Counted from the stretch's first letter, positions 1 through 10,128 are shown. The stretch is 64,000 bases of DNA from Candidatus Omnitrophota bacterium (GCA_028280285.1 JANQMA010000011.1:58520-122519); one strand, 5' to 3'. Made by a program: numbers and translations. Notes: generated by a model from the sequence alone, not told the origin.

Positions 1-222
1 ATGAACAATAACCTCAGGCTGGATTGTTTCGATACACGACGTAATGCTTTTCTCATCGGTCAGCTGCATCACAACAACAGTAAAGGCACTACTCCAGGCG
101 GGAAAATTGTCTCTGGTTGTCGTCAAAACAATATCACAGGCAGGTTGCCGCTGTTTCAAATATGTTGCCAGACGCCCGCCCACATAACCCAAGCCTCCTG
201 TAATCAATATTTTCTTCATAAA

Positions 223-663
223 TCACACATTCCAAGAGTAGGGAATATTTTTATCATCTAACGAAAGTGTTTCAGATTCTTGCGGTGAATGGGGCAAATC
301 CGCGCAATTCGCAATGATGGCCTTGGTATCCCCTAACGCTTTAAATGCGTATATAACTCCTGGCGGGATACGCACCAGTTGATAATGATCAACACCGATT
401 GTTATTTCTTGCACTTGACTTTTGGTCGAGGACTGGTCCCTTGCGTCATACAAGACAAGCTGTATATTACCTTCAACAACGGCAAAATTTTGTGTTTGCT
501 CACTATGCTTCTTCCACCCTTTAATGATGCCCGGATTAACGACAGAAAAATAAATTTCGCCAAACTGTGTAAAATGCCCGGCATCGTTTCTAAGCATATG
601 CATCACAGCGCCCCTGTCATCAGCAATAACTTTAAGCGGTTCAATCAAAATACCCTCAATCAT
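223..663 (-). CDS. Cupin-fold sugar-nucleotide epimerase/isomerase (dTDP-4-dehydrorhamnose 3,5-epimerase / 3,4-ketoisomerase WxcM/FdtA-like)
   Basis: ORF 223..675 (~150 aa). Size and hydrophobic beta-strand pattern fit small cupin NDP-sugar epimerases/isomerases. The first in-frame ATG at 663 overlaps the upstream stop as ATGA; the ORF-track start at 675 is GTG. Confidence 0.55.
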   Translation of the reverse strand: MIEGILIEPLKVIADDRGAVMHMLRNDAGHFTQFGEIYFSVVNPGIIKGWKKHSEQTQNFAVVEGNIQLVLYDARDQSSTKSQVQEITIGVDHYQLVRIPPGVIYAFKALGDTKAIIANCADLPHSPQESETLSLDDKNIPYSWNV

Positions 664-1766
664 GCCTTCACCCACCTTAGTTTTTTTGCTGATGCTTTGG
701 CAACATAGTCATTAATTTGTCCGACCGTTAATTCATAAATATCTTCTGTATTGCCGTAAAAACGTTTATACCAATCGGCTGTAAACTGTATCGTCTCTGA
801 AAAGTTAAGCGTCGGCGCCCATGCCAAATCCTTATGCGATTTTTCAATCGATAGCTTAAGCAGTTTGGCTTCCTTCATATTGCCTTCAAGAGGTTCATGC
901 ACCCAACCCCCTTTGCCCCAAAATTTAAGAAATTCATCAGCCAACTCGCCTACCGATTTGACCTCCCCACTATCAGGGCCAAAATTATAAGACTCTCCAT
1001 TCCCTTTGCCAGAATTTAAAAGTTCTGCCGCAAGCCACAAATACCCACTGAGTGGTTCCAGCACATGCTGCCAGGGACGCGTGGCATCGGGTTTACGGAT
1101 AACAGGTTTATCATTTTTGCTCCATGCCCGCACGCAATCCGGCACAATCCGGTCGCGGGCCCAGTCACCACCGCCAATCACATTGCCCGCACGGGCCGCC
1201 GCCACTTTCAATGTAGCGGAGTGCTGATAAAACGATCTAAAGTAGGAACTAAACGCAATCTCCGCACACGCCTTAGAGGCGCTATATGGATCAGCGCCGC
1301 CCAATTGATCTGACTCTTTATAGCCGACATCTAAACCAACATTCTCATAACACTTATCACTGGTGACAATCACTGCCGCCTGCACATAGTCGCGCGTGCG
1401 CAGTAAGTCCAAAACATTGACCGTGCCACCTAAATTCACATCAAATGTTTCTTTGGGATCATCATAAGACGCGCGCACAATCGGTTGGGCTGCCATATGA
1501 AAAACAATGTGCGGTTTAAAATCATCTACCGTTTTTACTAAAAATGAATTATCACGCACATCCCCCATAACATGGGTGATTTTTGACTCGATGTCCAACA
1601 CTTCAAAATGATTAGGATCTGACGGCAAATATTTAGAATAACCCAAAACTTCCGCGCCCAGTTCGAGTAACCACGTGGTGAGCCATGAACCCTTAAACCC
1701 GGTGTGGCCTGTTACTAAAACACGCTTATTTTTATATATATTATTGAATATCTGTAAATTATTCAT
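660..1766 (-). CDS. rfbG: CDP-glucose 4,6-dehydratase
   Basis: 368 aa. N-terminal VLVTGHTGFKGSWL Rossmann motif and SDR YxxxK core (YSASKACAE) are characteristic of CDP-glucose 4,6-dehydratases. Confidence 0.8.
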   Translation of the reverse strand: MNNLQIFNNIYKNKRVLVTGHTGFKGSWLTTWLLELGAEVLGYSKYLPSDPNHFEVLDIESKITHVMGDVRDNSFLVKTVDDFKPHIVFHMAAQPIVRASYDDPKETFDVNLGGTVNVLDLLRTRDYVQAAVIVTSDKCYENVGLDVGYKESDQLGGADPYSASKACAEIAFSSYFRSFYQHSATLKVAAARAGNVIGGGDWARDRIVPDCVRAWSKNDKPVIRKPDATRPWQHVLEPLSGYLWLAAELLNSGKGNGESYNFGPDSGEVKSVGELADEFLKFWGKGGWVHEPLEGNMKEAKLLKLSIEKSHKDLAWAPTLNFSETIQFTADWYKRFYGNTEDIYELTVGQINDYVAKASAKKLRWVKA

Positions 1767-1767
1767 T

Positions 1768-2754
1768 TTAACTCTTACGTAACAAAAAAGTTTTTTTGAT
1801 CCATTGCAAAATATTTTTACACCATTTCACTGTTATATTTGATTGTCCCAGGTCAAAAAACGTTGATTGTTTTTTGTATCGCAGAGGATCATTGCATTGT
1901 TTCTTTTGCGCAAGAATTGATAAAATCGTTACATTAACACTACCCGGTAATTTTTCATACGACGTTGATAAACATTCAAATCCGTTTTCCTCCAGGAGCC
2001 GCATCATGGCCCGTCTTGAAAAATACGTAAAATGCGTAACATCAATGGGAAGATTTCGCCCCCGCCACTTCAAAAAGAATAGCCAAAAAAATACTGTCCC
2101 TATATCATAAGGCACCTCCACATAAAGTAAGCCATCTTCTTTTAGAACATTGTGAAGATTCTTTACTTCTTTTTTCAAATCAACGCAATGCGCTAAAACA
2201 TCGCAAAAAAGAACCAGATCGACGCCTTCCGCGCAAGCAACGTCAGACGCCCATACATCTTTTTTTAAAACTTTTGGACTACATGATTGCCGTGGAATAG
2301 GGTCTAAAACAGTGCATTGATACCTTTCTTCTGCTAAATCTTTAAGCATAAATCCATCACGTCCTCCGATGTCATAAATTGTCTCTATCTTATAGTTATA
2401 TTTTTTTTCAGTATGTTTCACCATGTCATAGATGCGCTTTGAATACATGGATAAAAAATTTTGATCGGCATAAACGAATGTGTCCAAATGACGAATACGC
2501 TCCTCCAAAAGAAAATAGGATTGACTATAAATTTGATGCAGCTCTTCTTCATCAAAAAATTTACTATTATAAAAAAGACGGCAGGGTAAACAGCAGGATA
2601 TCTCACCTTTTGGTTGGGCTTGATTGGTTACTTTAAGCAATATTTCATCAATCTCAATATCTGCAATAACTCCATTTCCTGAAGGTTTTATATTAAACGG
2701 AAATGAAAATGATGGTTTTTTATGACAAACAGGACAAACAGCATACTTCTTCAT
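1768..2754 (-). CDS. SAM-dependent methyltransferase with N-terminal Cys4 zinc ribbon (NDP-hexose C-methyltransferase-like)
   Basis: 328 aa. CPVCHKK...CCLPC ribbon, then a class I methyltransferase glycine-rich motif (IYDIGGRDGF). This architecture matches TylCIII-type sugar C-methyltransferases. Confidence 0.6.
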   Translation of the reverse strand: MKKYAVCPVCHKKPSFSFPFNIKPSGNGVIADIEIDEILLKVTNQAQPKGEISCCLPCRLFYNSKFFDEEELHQIYSQSYFLLEERIRHLDTFVYADQNFLSMYSKRIYDMVKHTEKKYNYKIETIYDIGGRDGFMLKDLAEERYQCTVLDPIPRQSCSPKVLKKDVWASDVACAEGVDLVLFCDVLAHCVDLKKEVKNLHNVLKEDGLLYVEVPYDIGTVFFWLFFLKWRGRNLPIDVTHFTYFSRRAMMRLLEENGFECLSTSYEKLPGSVNVTILSILAQKKQCNDPLRYKKQSTFFDLGQSNITVKWCKNILQWIKKTFLLRKS

Positions 2755-2796
2755 TGGTACTCCTAACCGGTTAAAATCTTTAATTGTTTTTTGATA

Positions 2797-3570
2797 CTAC
2801 CACTTTATCCAGGACGCATTATTGGTTTCATATAAATTTTGAAGAAATTTATAATCCCGGAAAGTATCCATGCACTGCCAAAATCCGTTGTGAACATAAA
2901 CATTCAATTCCTGGTCCTTAGCAAGATTCTGCAAAGGATCCCGTTCCAAAACACATGTTTCATCGTCAGTTAAGTAATCAAAAATCTTTTTATTAAAAAC
3001 AAAGTACCCGCCGGAGATAGAACTGGTATGATTTCTCGGCTTTTCACTGAAGGAGACCACCTTATCGCCTTCAATAGCTAATTCACCGTATTGTGAAACA
3101 GGCGCAACGCCTGTCACCGTTCCGAGTTTATCATGCGACCGGTGATATTTAACCAATTCAGTAATATCTAAATCAATAACACCGTCACCATATGTCAGCA
3201 TGAATTCGTCCCCATCAATATATTTTTCAATCCGTTTAACACGTGCACCCGTCATGGCGTTTTCACCGGTATCAACCAGTGTCACCTTCCAGTCAGATTC
3301 CATGTGACGTGGATGAATAACAATCTCACTCTTTCCAAACTCTACGGTAAAATCATTAGTGATCATTTCATATTCATAAAAAAACCGGCGGACAACCTCT
3401 CCCTTATAACCTAAACATAAAATAAAATCGGTATACCCATAATGCGCATACGTCTTCATGATGTGCCATAAAATCGGCATCCCGCCGATCTCAACCATTG
3501 GTTTCGGCTTGACTTCCGTTTCTTCCCTAAGGCGTGTGCCTTGGCCGCCACACAATATGACAACTTTCAT
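2797..3570 (-). CDS. rfbF: Glucose-1-phosphate cytidylyltransferase
   Basis: 257 aa. MKVVILCGGQGTRLREETEVKPKPMVEIGG nucleotidyltransferase signature typical of RfbF/DdhA. Confidence 0.85.
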   Translation of the reverse strand: MKVVILCGGQGTRLREETEVKPKPMVEIGGMPILWHIMKTYAHYGYTDFILCLGYKGEVVRRFFYEYEMITNDFTVEFGKSEIVIHPRHMESDWKVTLVDTGENAMTGARVKRIEKYIDGDEFMLTYGDGVIDLDITELVKYHRSHDKLGTVTGVAPVSQYGELAIEGDKVVSFSEKPRNHTSSISGGYFVFNKKIFDYLTDDETCVLERDPLQNLAKDQELNVYVHNGFWQCMDTFRDYKFLQNLYETNNASWIKW

Positions 3571-3579
3571 AATAGTATC

Positions 3580-4704
3580 CTATTTAATAATTTCTTTAAC
3601 AGATTGAATGATGTACTCTACTTCCGCATCTGTAAGCTGCGGATAAAGCGGCAATGTGATCGTCGCATCACCGATAAATTCACAATTCGGAAAATCCCCA
3701 CGCACATATTCATATTTGTTTCGATAATAACTCATTAAATGAATAGAACGATAGTTAACAGCAACACCAATTTCAGCATCTTGAAGCGCATGTAAATATT
3801 CATCCCGTTTATTAGGATCGACCCAAATAGTATACAGGTGATACGCAGACTTTGATCCATCAACAACAGCAGGTAAACGAATATCTTTAATTTGACTAAA
3901 GGCCTTGTTGTATTTTTCTGTAATTATTCGGCGCTTTTCAAGAAAAGTGTCAATCGAATCCATCTGATGAACTAAAAGAGCGGCGGCAATATTGTTCATA
4001 TTGCATTTAAATCCCAAAAACTCCATATCGTAATGCTTGTATAATTTAGAATACCGGTCGGCCGCATCCGCGCTCATTCCATGCATCCTTGCCTTAATAA
4101 ACCACGCGTAAGCTTCTTTATCATGACATGTGATGGCCCCACCCTCTCCTGAGGTAATACTTTTTGTCGCATAAAAAGAAAAGCAGGCCATATTCGGCGC
4201 TGCTCCTATAGGTACACCATCACGCTCGCTTTCCAGACAATGCGCGCTGTCTTCAATAACTTTTACATTATGTTTTTGGGCAATCGCATTGATGCGTTTC
4301 ATATCACACATCTGCCCGTATAAATGGACCGGTAAAATCGCCTTAGTCCGCTCCGAAATTTTACCTGCAATCAACTCAGCATCAATATTGCCGGTAGATG
4401 CTTCAACATCGACAAAGACAGGTTTCGCTCCACAAGCCTCAATCGCATTGGCCGTGGCGATAAACGACATCGGTGTTGTAATAACTTCATCCCCCGGACC
4501 TATGCCGTAATAATGAAGACATAACTCCAACGCATTGGTCCCTGAACTTAACCCCACCGCATAAGAGGCGTTTAAATAGGCAGCTAACTTATCTTCGAAG
4601 GTCTTGGTCCACTCACCCGTCGTTAAAAAAAGTCCGTCCAGGACCTTACGTACTTCATCCTTATCTTTATCAGATAAATTATGCCTATAAAATTCAATTT
4701 TCAC
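3580..4704 (-). CDS. DegT/DnrJ/EryC1/StrS-family PLP-dependent sugar aminotransferase
   Basis: 374 aa. SFYATKSITSGEGG PLP-lysine motif and conserved N-terminal region. GTG start. Confidence 0.8.
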   Translation of the reverse strand: MKIEFYRHNLSDKDKDEVRKVLDGLFLTTGEWTKTFEDKLAAYLNASYAVGLSSGTNALELCLHYYGIGPGDEVITTPMSFIATANAIEACGAKPVFVDVEASTGNIDAELIAGKISERTKAILPVHLYGQMCDMKRINAIAQKHNVKVIEDSAHCLESERDGVPIGAAPNMACFSFYATKSITSGEGGAITCHDKEAYAWFIKARMHGMSADAADRYSKLYKHYDMEFLGFKCNMNNIAAALLVHQMDSIDTFLEKRRIITEKYNKAFSQIKDIRLPAVVDGSKSAYHLYTIWVDPNKRDEYLHALQDAEIGVAVNYRSIHLMSYYRNKYEYVRGDFPNCEFIGDATITLPLYPQLTDAEVEYIIQSVKEIIK

Positions 4705-4779
4705 GATTAAGTGTTTCTGAAATGTGTATGGTGCACTTTATTATGAAATACATGGAGAAGAAGAACGCTTCAGATGTGT

Positions 4780-6732
4780 TTAGTTAGGACTAACGGTCTC
4801 TGAAACAACCTCTCTTACAGGAATATTGTCTTCGATACTCTTCTTGGCCGCAGTACGCATTTTCAATCTTTTATTTCCATAGCTACTGCGTAGTTTAGCG
4901 TCAATGAGTTTTTGAAATTGAAAGGTCGCGTTAATTTTCTTATTGATATGCTTCCATCCAATGATCCTATGGAAAATGTTACGTAATTTCAATTTCCAGC
5001 CGGCCAATCCAGTTTGACGGAAGACCTCCAGCTGCTCCAAACTTTCAATATTGTCTTTGATCGACGTTAAAATAAACGTCTCTTCAAAATTATCACCATA
5101 CGGTAAAAGCTCAACGAGCGGCGGAAAAACATACTGCTGTTCAAGCGGTGTAAAATCACCGGTCTCTATCGCGTGCATCTTTAATTCTATCTCTTCTGTC
5201 CGGTCTTCCGGTTTAATTAATCCATACTCAATCTTAGCATTGTCGTATTCCTTGCTGACAAAGTAATATTCAAATAACAGTTTGTGCTTGTTAGGAAGTT
5301 CCTCGACGTTAAACAGATTATCTAATTTAAACTTTTTGGCAAGTTGACAAAACTCCTCGAAACGTTCCATACGTTTCAAATATGTGCTATTCCCGTCTAA
5401 ACTCTCCCAAAACAAATGCCCCTTGGCTAAATCAATACCATGTTTTTCCGGATCAGCATGTCCCGCCGATCCCGGATAATACTCACAAAAATTAAGTGAA
5501 GGATTAACCATGCTAAACGACTTTTTATTTTCAACGAGAAATTTAATCAAATATTGAAAATCATCCTCCGTCTCCGTTGGAAGACCAAACATAATGTTAA
5601 CGCTCACATAAAGCCCGGCCTTTTTCCCTTCACGCAACACAGCTCCGATGTCCACATCCTTACACAGGTTCTTGCCAACCTCGGCTAATAGACGCAGCGA
5701 AGGCGTTTCCATCCCATATCCAAGAAGTGTGCAGCCCGCTTTTTTAAGCTTTTTATAAAGCGGTGTGCGCATCTCTTTACGGATAACGGCATTTTCTAAA
5801 TTCCATTCAATCTCTTTATTCAAGCCTGATTCAATCATCATATCGCAAAATTTCTCCAACTCACCGATTTTTGAGTTCGAGATATTATCACACATGCGTA
5901 AATAATTTAAGTTCGGATATTTGGCCTTTTGATATTTCACCTCTTCGAACAACCGCTCAGCTGAACGCACGCGGAATGTTTTCATAAAACCGATCGCGCT
6001 GCAGTAGTTGCATTTATTCACACACCCGCGCGTCGTATAGGTTGGCAGCGCATTAGGCTGATCATAATAACTGAATTCAAAATCATCAAAATCAGGAAAA
6101 GGCAGTGAGTCTAGCTTCTTAATAAATTCCGCGTGAGGTCCCCGGATAACCTTTCCGTTATGTTTATAAACAAACCCCGGAACGGCTTGACCTTCCTGAC
6201 CATTTAAGACCATTTTCATAAACCCGAGAAGCGCATTCTCTCCTTCATCCTGGCTGACCGCGTCAATATAATCACGGGAAAGTAAGCTGTCAGTATTTTT
6301 CATAAAACTGGCAACATCAGGCCCGCCCAGCATATGAATATAACCAGGAAAGATATTACGTAAATCTTCTAAAAATATTTCTGCTAAAATACGGGAAGAA
6401 CATTGGCAAGAACAGGCCACAACCAACGGGTTTAAATCACGAATGCGCTGCATAAACTCAAGGAAAATCGCGCGGTTATTTTTGTAGTACTCATACATTG
6501 CTTCCTGATCCATGCAATAGTTGTACCCCTGCGCCATATCCCAATAAAATCTATATTTCTTGCCACCCAAATTATACGCGTGCGCGTTAATATCTAAGAT
6601 CTTACACTTGATATCGTTTTCCGCTAAAAAACTTTTTAGCAAAGCCGGCCCTAACGGCGGGCACCCTACGCCCCAAAAAGGCATTTGGATCAAAACAATA
6701 TCTGCTTCACGTGTTTCAGTTGATCTTTTCAT
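4780..6732 (-). CDS. Cobalamin(B12)-binding radical SAM enzyme
   Basis: 650 aa. N-terminal B12-binding Rossmann-like region (ADIVLIQMPFWGVGCPPLGPALLKSFL), canonical CxxxCxxC (TRGCVNKCNYC) and a long C-terminal extension. Confidence 0.75.
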   Translation of the reverse strand: MKRSTETREADIVLIQMPFWGVGCPPLGPALLKSFLAENDIKCKILDINAHAYNLGGKKYRFYWDMAQGYNYCMDQEAMYEYYKNNRAIFLEFMQRIRDLNPLVVACSCQCSSRILAEIFLEDLRNIFPGYIHMLGGPDVASFMKNTDSLLSRDYIDAVSQDEGENALLGFMKMVLNGQEGQAVPGFVYKHNGKVIRGPHAEFIKKLDSLPFPDFDDFEFSYYDQPNALPTYTTRGCVNKCNYCSAIGFMKTFRVRSAERLFEEVKYQKAKYPNLNYLRMCDNISNSKIGELEKFCDMMIESGLNKEIEWNLENAVIRKEMRTPLYKKLKKAGCTLLGYGMETPSLRLLAEVGKNLCKDVDIGAVLREGKKAGLYVSVNIMFGLPTETEDDFQYLIKFLVENKKSFSMVNPSLNFCEYYPGSAGHADPEKHGIDLAKGHLFWESLDGNSTYLKRMERFEEFCQLAKKFKLDNLFNVEELPNKHKLLFEYYFVSKEYDNAKIEYGLIKPEDRTEEIELKMHAIETGDFTPLEQQYVFPPLVELLPYGDNFEETFILTSIKDNIESLEQLEVFRQTGLAGWKLKLRNIFHRIIGWKHINKKINATFQFQKLIDAKLRSSYGNKRLKMRTAAKKSIEDNIPVREVVSETVSPN

Positions 6733-6861
6733 AATTTTCCTCGAATATAATAAATATTAATTAGAAATATTAAACCTGAATATCTATCTTGATCTGATTA
6801 GTAATTATAGCACAGGCTATTATAGACTCAACTTATTATGCAATAATTACTTAGAGCCCTA

Positions 6862-7893
6862 TTAATGCATTTCTACCTTCCCACTGGTGGTATGGATAGG
6901 CACATGTTTCATCCATTCCAGGGCCTCCCACCACTGCGGATTATCCTGGTACCATTGGATTGTTTTCGTAAGTCCTTCTTCCACAGTGGTTTTCGCTTCC
7001 CAGCCCAGCAAATCCTTCGCCTTTTGGGTGGTTGCCTTATGCAGGGCCACCTGCCCCGGGCGATTGCCGATATAATCAATCAGATCCTCGGGTTTGCCCA
7101 ACTGTTTGAGAATAATCTTAGCCATATCCAATACACTGACGGCTTCACCGGTCCCGATATTGATAATCTCATTTTTAATCGCATCAAAATCCTTGATATG
7201 GAGCGCCGCATCAATCGCCTGGCAATGATCTTCGACATAAATCCAGTCGCGCTTGGCTCCGCCATCGCCATGAACAGTCAACTTTTCATCTTTGAGTGCG
7301 CTTGTAATAAAACGCGGTGTCATTTTTTCTAAATGCTGGCGGGCTCCGTAATTATTAAACGGACGCAAAATAACCGCCGGCAGATCATGACAAGACCAAT
7401 AAGAGTAAACCAAACGATCGGCTCCGGCTTTAGCACCGGCATAAGGGGACAGTGGATTTAAAATATCTTCCTCACTGATAATCTCCCCTGCCGCCGTTCC
7501 ATATACCTCAGATGTTGAAATATGAATGAAGCGTTCGATATGATCATATTTAAGCAGCGCATTCATCATTGTTTGCGTGCCGATCACGTCCGTATCAAAA
7601 AACTTGGTATTATCAAAAATCGAACGCGCCACGTGTGTTTCAGCGGCCAGATGCACAACATGCGTTGCCTTGGCCATCAGTTCATTGACAATATACGGAT
7701 TGGTGACATCCCCGTACCAAAACTCAAAACGCCCTGAATCCCGGATTTCTTTGGAAATGTTTTTTTCATTACCCGCGTAGGTTAACGAATCCAAAACAAT
7801 GAAATGGTATTTCTTATATTTTGTAAATAAATAATCCAATAAATTACTGCCGATAAAACCAGCCGCGCCCGTTAATAAAATCGTTTTTTTCAT
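6862..7893 (-). CDS. rfbB: dTDP-glucose 4,6-dehydratase-like NAD-dependent sugar dehydratase
   Basis: 343 aa. GAAGFIGSN, HLAAETHVARS and HISTSEVYG motifs as in RmlB/RfbB. Confidence 0.7.
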   Translation of the reverse strand: MKKTILLTGAAGFIGSNLLDYLFTKYKKYHFIVLDSLTYAGNEKNISKEIRDSGRFEFWYGDVTNPYIVNELMAKATHVVHLAAETHVARSIFDNTKFFDTDVIGTQTMMNALLKYDHIERFIHISTSEVYGTAAGEIISEEDILNPLSPYAGAKAGADRLVYSYWSCHDLPAVILRPFNNYGARQHLEKMTPRFITSALKDEKLTVHGDGGAKRDWIYVEDHCQAIDAALHIKDFDAIKNEIINIGTGEAVSVLDMAKIILKQLGKPEDLIDYIGNRPGQVALHKATTQKAKDLLGWEAKTTVEEGLTKTIQWYQDNPQWWEALEWMKHVPIHTTSGKVEMH

Positions 7894-7912
7894 TTGTTTT
7901 ACCTTTTTTCAA

Positions 7913-8845
7913 TCAAGTTAGAACAGCGTTTGTATTAACAATACTACTTAGTTTAAGAAATTTATCGCTTGCGTATGCATAAGCCACCTGCAATACGCGC
8001 AAGACACCATCACTTGTTGCGACATCACCATAATCATCATTTAATTCAATAATCATCCCCGGAGATTCATTACTTGTATAACCGGCTATCTCCGCCTGCC
8101 AAATAATAATTTTCTCGTCATTATAAAAAAAGAATGCCCCGGGATAAGGAAATGACAAAGCTCTAATCAAATTCCAATTCGCTTTGGCCGGCTCATTAAA
8201 ATTAAGCCGCCCATCTTCAGGCCGCCGGCGTTTTAAATAAGTTGCCTGAGTATGATCTTGTTTGATGCGCTTGTTGGTTCCATTAATAATGGCCTCTAAA
8301 TTATTTAAAATAATTTTCGGATATAGAGGTGTAATTTTTTCATTCAACGTTGTTGCGGTTTCATCGGGGGCGATATCAATGCTCATCTGATCGACGATAT
8401 CTCCTGCGTCAACGGCTTCATTGATATAGAACAATGTCACACCGGAGGTTTTTTCTTCATTAATAATCGCCCAATTCGTTGGAGCAAATCCGCGGTTTTT
8501 TGGCAGTAAAGAATCGTGCAAGACAAAAATCCCCTGCGCCGGAATTGCAAAACAATCGTTATTAATCAGATAACGCCAACCGACAACAAAGACAATATCA
8601 ACATCACATCGTTGTAAATAGTCACTGTAATCTTCGGGTTTAATTCTGTCCGAGGTTTCGCACAGAATATTGTTTTGTTCACACAAAGCTATAATATCTT
8701 CTGTTTTATTATTCAATTCGTGCGCCTCTTGTTTAAGAACAAACGCATGTGTGACAGCACAACCATCGTCAAGCAGTGCTTTTAAAACGACCAGCCCGCG
8801 TTCCCCGGCAAGAAACAATCCGATGTTTGACTGTTTATCACTCAC
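7913..8845 (-). CDS. Sugar N-formyltransferase (Fmt/ArnA-N-like formyltransferase family)
   Basis: 310 aa. Formyltransferase core HDSLLPKNRGFAPTNWAIIN and the folate-binding region. GTG start overlapping the upstream stop (GTGA). Confidence 0.7.
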   Translation of the reverse strand: MSDKQSNIGLFLAGERGLVVLKALLDDGCAVTHAFVLKQEAHELNNKTEDIIALCEQNNILCETSDRIKPEDYSDYLQRCDVDIVFVVGWRYLINNDCFAIPAQGIFVLHDSLLPKNRGFAPTNWAIINEEKTSGVTLFYINEAVDAGDIVDQMSIDIAPDETATTLNEKITPLYPKIILNNLEAIINGTNKRIKQDHTQATYLKRRRPEDGRLNFNEPAKANWNLIRALSFPYPGAFFFYNDEKIIIWQAEIAGYTSNESPGMIIELNDDYGDVATSDGVLRVLQVAYAYASDKFLKLSSIVNTNAVLT

Positions 8846-10128
8846 ACCATTAATTCCTTAAATAAATTTTTGTAATTTTCCGCATACTTTTCGGGCAGTA
8901 TTTTTTCCCGTGCCGCTTTAATATCAGTTTTGGCAACATCTTCTTCAAATTCAAACAAAGTCTGGTATAAGCCACGGCTGAAATCTTCCTCATCATAACA
9001 ATCAACAAGATAACCTGTTTGGGGTGATGTAATAAAATCCGGGGCTACGCCTCTGTTAAACGCGATCACACGGCTGCCGCACATAATCGCTTCATTGATC
9101 ACCATCGGTCCACAGTCATCTATAGAAGGACAGGCAAATATGTCACACGCCTGATAGGCCTTGACAATTTTACGGTTATCATCCAATAATCCTAAATTAA
9201 TCCACGGGCAACCGATTTGATCAGCGGCGAAACCATTGGCATTGCCAAACGTCACCAAGGCAAAGTTGTCTTTCTCCTCTGCAGAAAGTCTTTGCATAAG
9301 CAGTTTAAGCGCACCGAGAAGATGCTTGCCCCCTTTGCGTGGATCGTTTAGATTAAAACATCCATATAAAATAATTTTTTTATTGAGCGGAAGCCCTAAA
9401 TCTTCACGCGCTTGCGTTTTATCACCCATCATAAATTCTTTATCATTAATACCGATTAATATCTTCTCTATACGACGATTACGCGATAATAAACTTTTAT
9501 GACACTGCTCATGCGACCATGATGTGGGCGCGACAAAGGTGAGCGGGATATCAGCAAACATGCTCCGTTTTTCCTCCCAATGCTTCGCAATCACATCATT
9601 TCTTAATTGAACTCCGAGCTGTGGACACTCTTCACACTTTTCTTTAAACTTTTCACAGCCAGCATTAAAATGGCAACCACCCGTGAGTGGCTCAATATCC
9701 ATCGTTGTCCACACCATTGGTGTTTTAAAAACATCGTAGATCCGCCGGATAAGTCTTGCCGAAAGAAAATCCTGAACCGAATGCAAACAAATAATATCCG
9801 CGCCTTTTAGATAAGATCGCAACCGGTTAAAAGACACAGCCGGCAGATTAAAATTAATTAAAGTTTTAGGCTCGCATTTAAGCGTGTAATACTTGCGCCG
9901 CAACCTGTGGATCACCAGGTTGATATAATGCCAATGATATTTAAAGACATTTAAAACAGATTTAACCGGATGGCCTTTAACAAGCTCAACCACCTTCTCT
10001 ACTTTAGATTTTTTTCTATAAACAAGCATTTGGGAATCGCAACCGCAGGCATTAAGCGCCTGGTGAAGTGTCAAAACAGCACGGCCGGCCCCATCAAAAT
10101 CATTGTTTGTTAAATGGATTATTCGCAT
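8842..10128 (-). CDS. Glycosyltransferase family 1 (GT4-like, GT-B fold)
   Basis: 428 aa. N-terminal MRIIHLTNNDFDGAGRAV and a C-terminal nucleotide-sugar-binding half typical of GT1/GT4 retaining transferases. Confidence 0.7.
   Translation of the reverse strand: MRIIHLTNNDFDGAGRAVLTLHQALNACGCDSQMLVYRKKSKVEKVVELVKGHPVKSVLNVFKYHWHYINLVIHRLRRKYYTLKCEPKTLINFNLPAVSFNRLRSYLKGADIICLHSVQDFLSARLIRRIYDVFKTPMVWTTMDIEPLTGGCHFNAGCEKFKEKCEECPQLGVQLRNDVIAKHWEEKRSMFADIPLTFVAPTSWSHEQCHKSLLSRNRRIEKILIGINDKEFMMGDKTQAREDLGLPLNKKIILYGCFNLNDPRKGGKHLLGALKLLMQRLSAEEKDNFALVTFGNANGFAADQIGCPWINLGLLDDNRKIVKAYQACDIFACPSIDDCGPMVINEAIMCGSRVIAFNRGVAPDFITSPQTGYLVDCYDEEDFSRGLYQTLFEFEEDVAKTDIKAAREKILPEKYAENYKNLFKELMV

Noticed and set aside
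1-261. 86-aa plus-strand ORF at the window edge.
   Set aside because: It is short and overlaps the minus-strand cupin gene. It has no recognisable domain or start context, so it is most likely a chance ORF.
6865-7332. 155-aa plus-strand ORF, and many similar 60-130-aa ORFs inside larger genes (for example 379-708, 45540-45884, 55855-56247 and 57845-58234).
   Set aside because: They lie antisense within well-supported coding regions and have low-complexity or odd composition. These are typical shadow ORFs.
6862-7893. Reading the RmlB-like protein as a UDP-GlcNAc 4,6-dehydratase (PseB/CapD type) that would complete a canonical pseudaminic acid pathway.
   Set aside because: The motifs (HLAAETHV, HISTSEVYG, 343 aa) fit dTDP-glucose 4,6-dehydratases rather than the PseB/CapD family. 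The canonical PseB, PseG or LegG steps are therefore not confidently identified.
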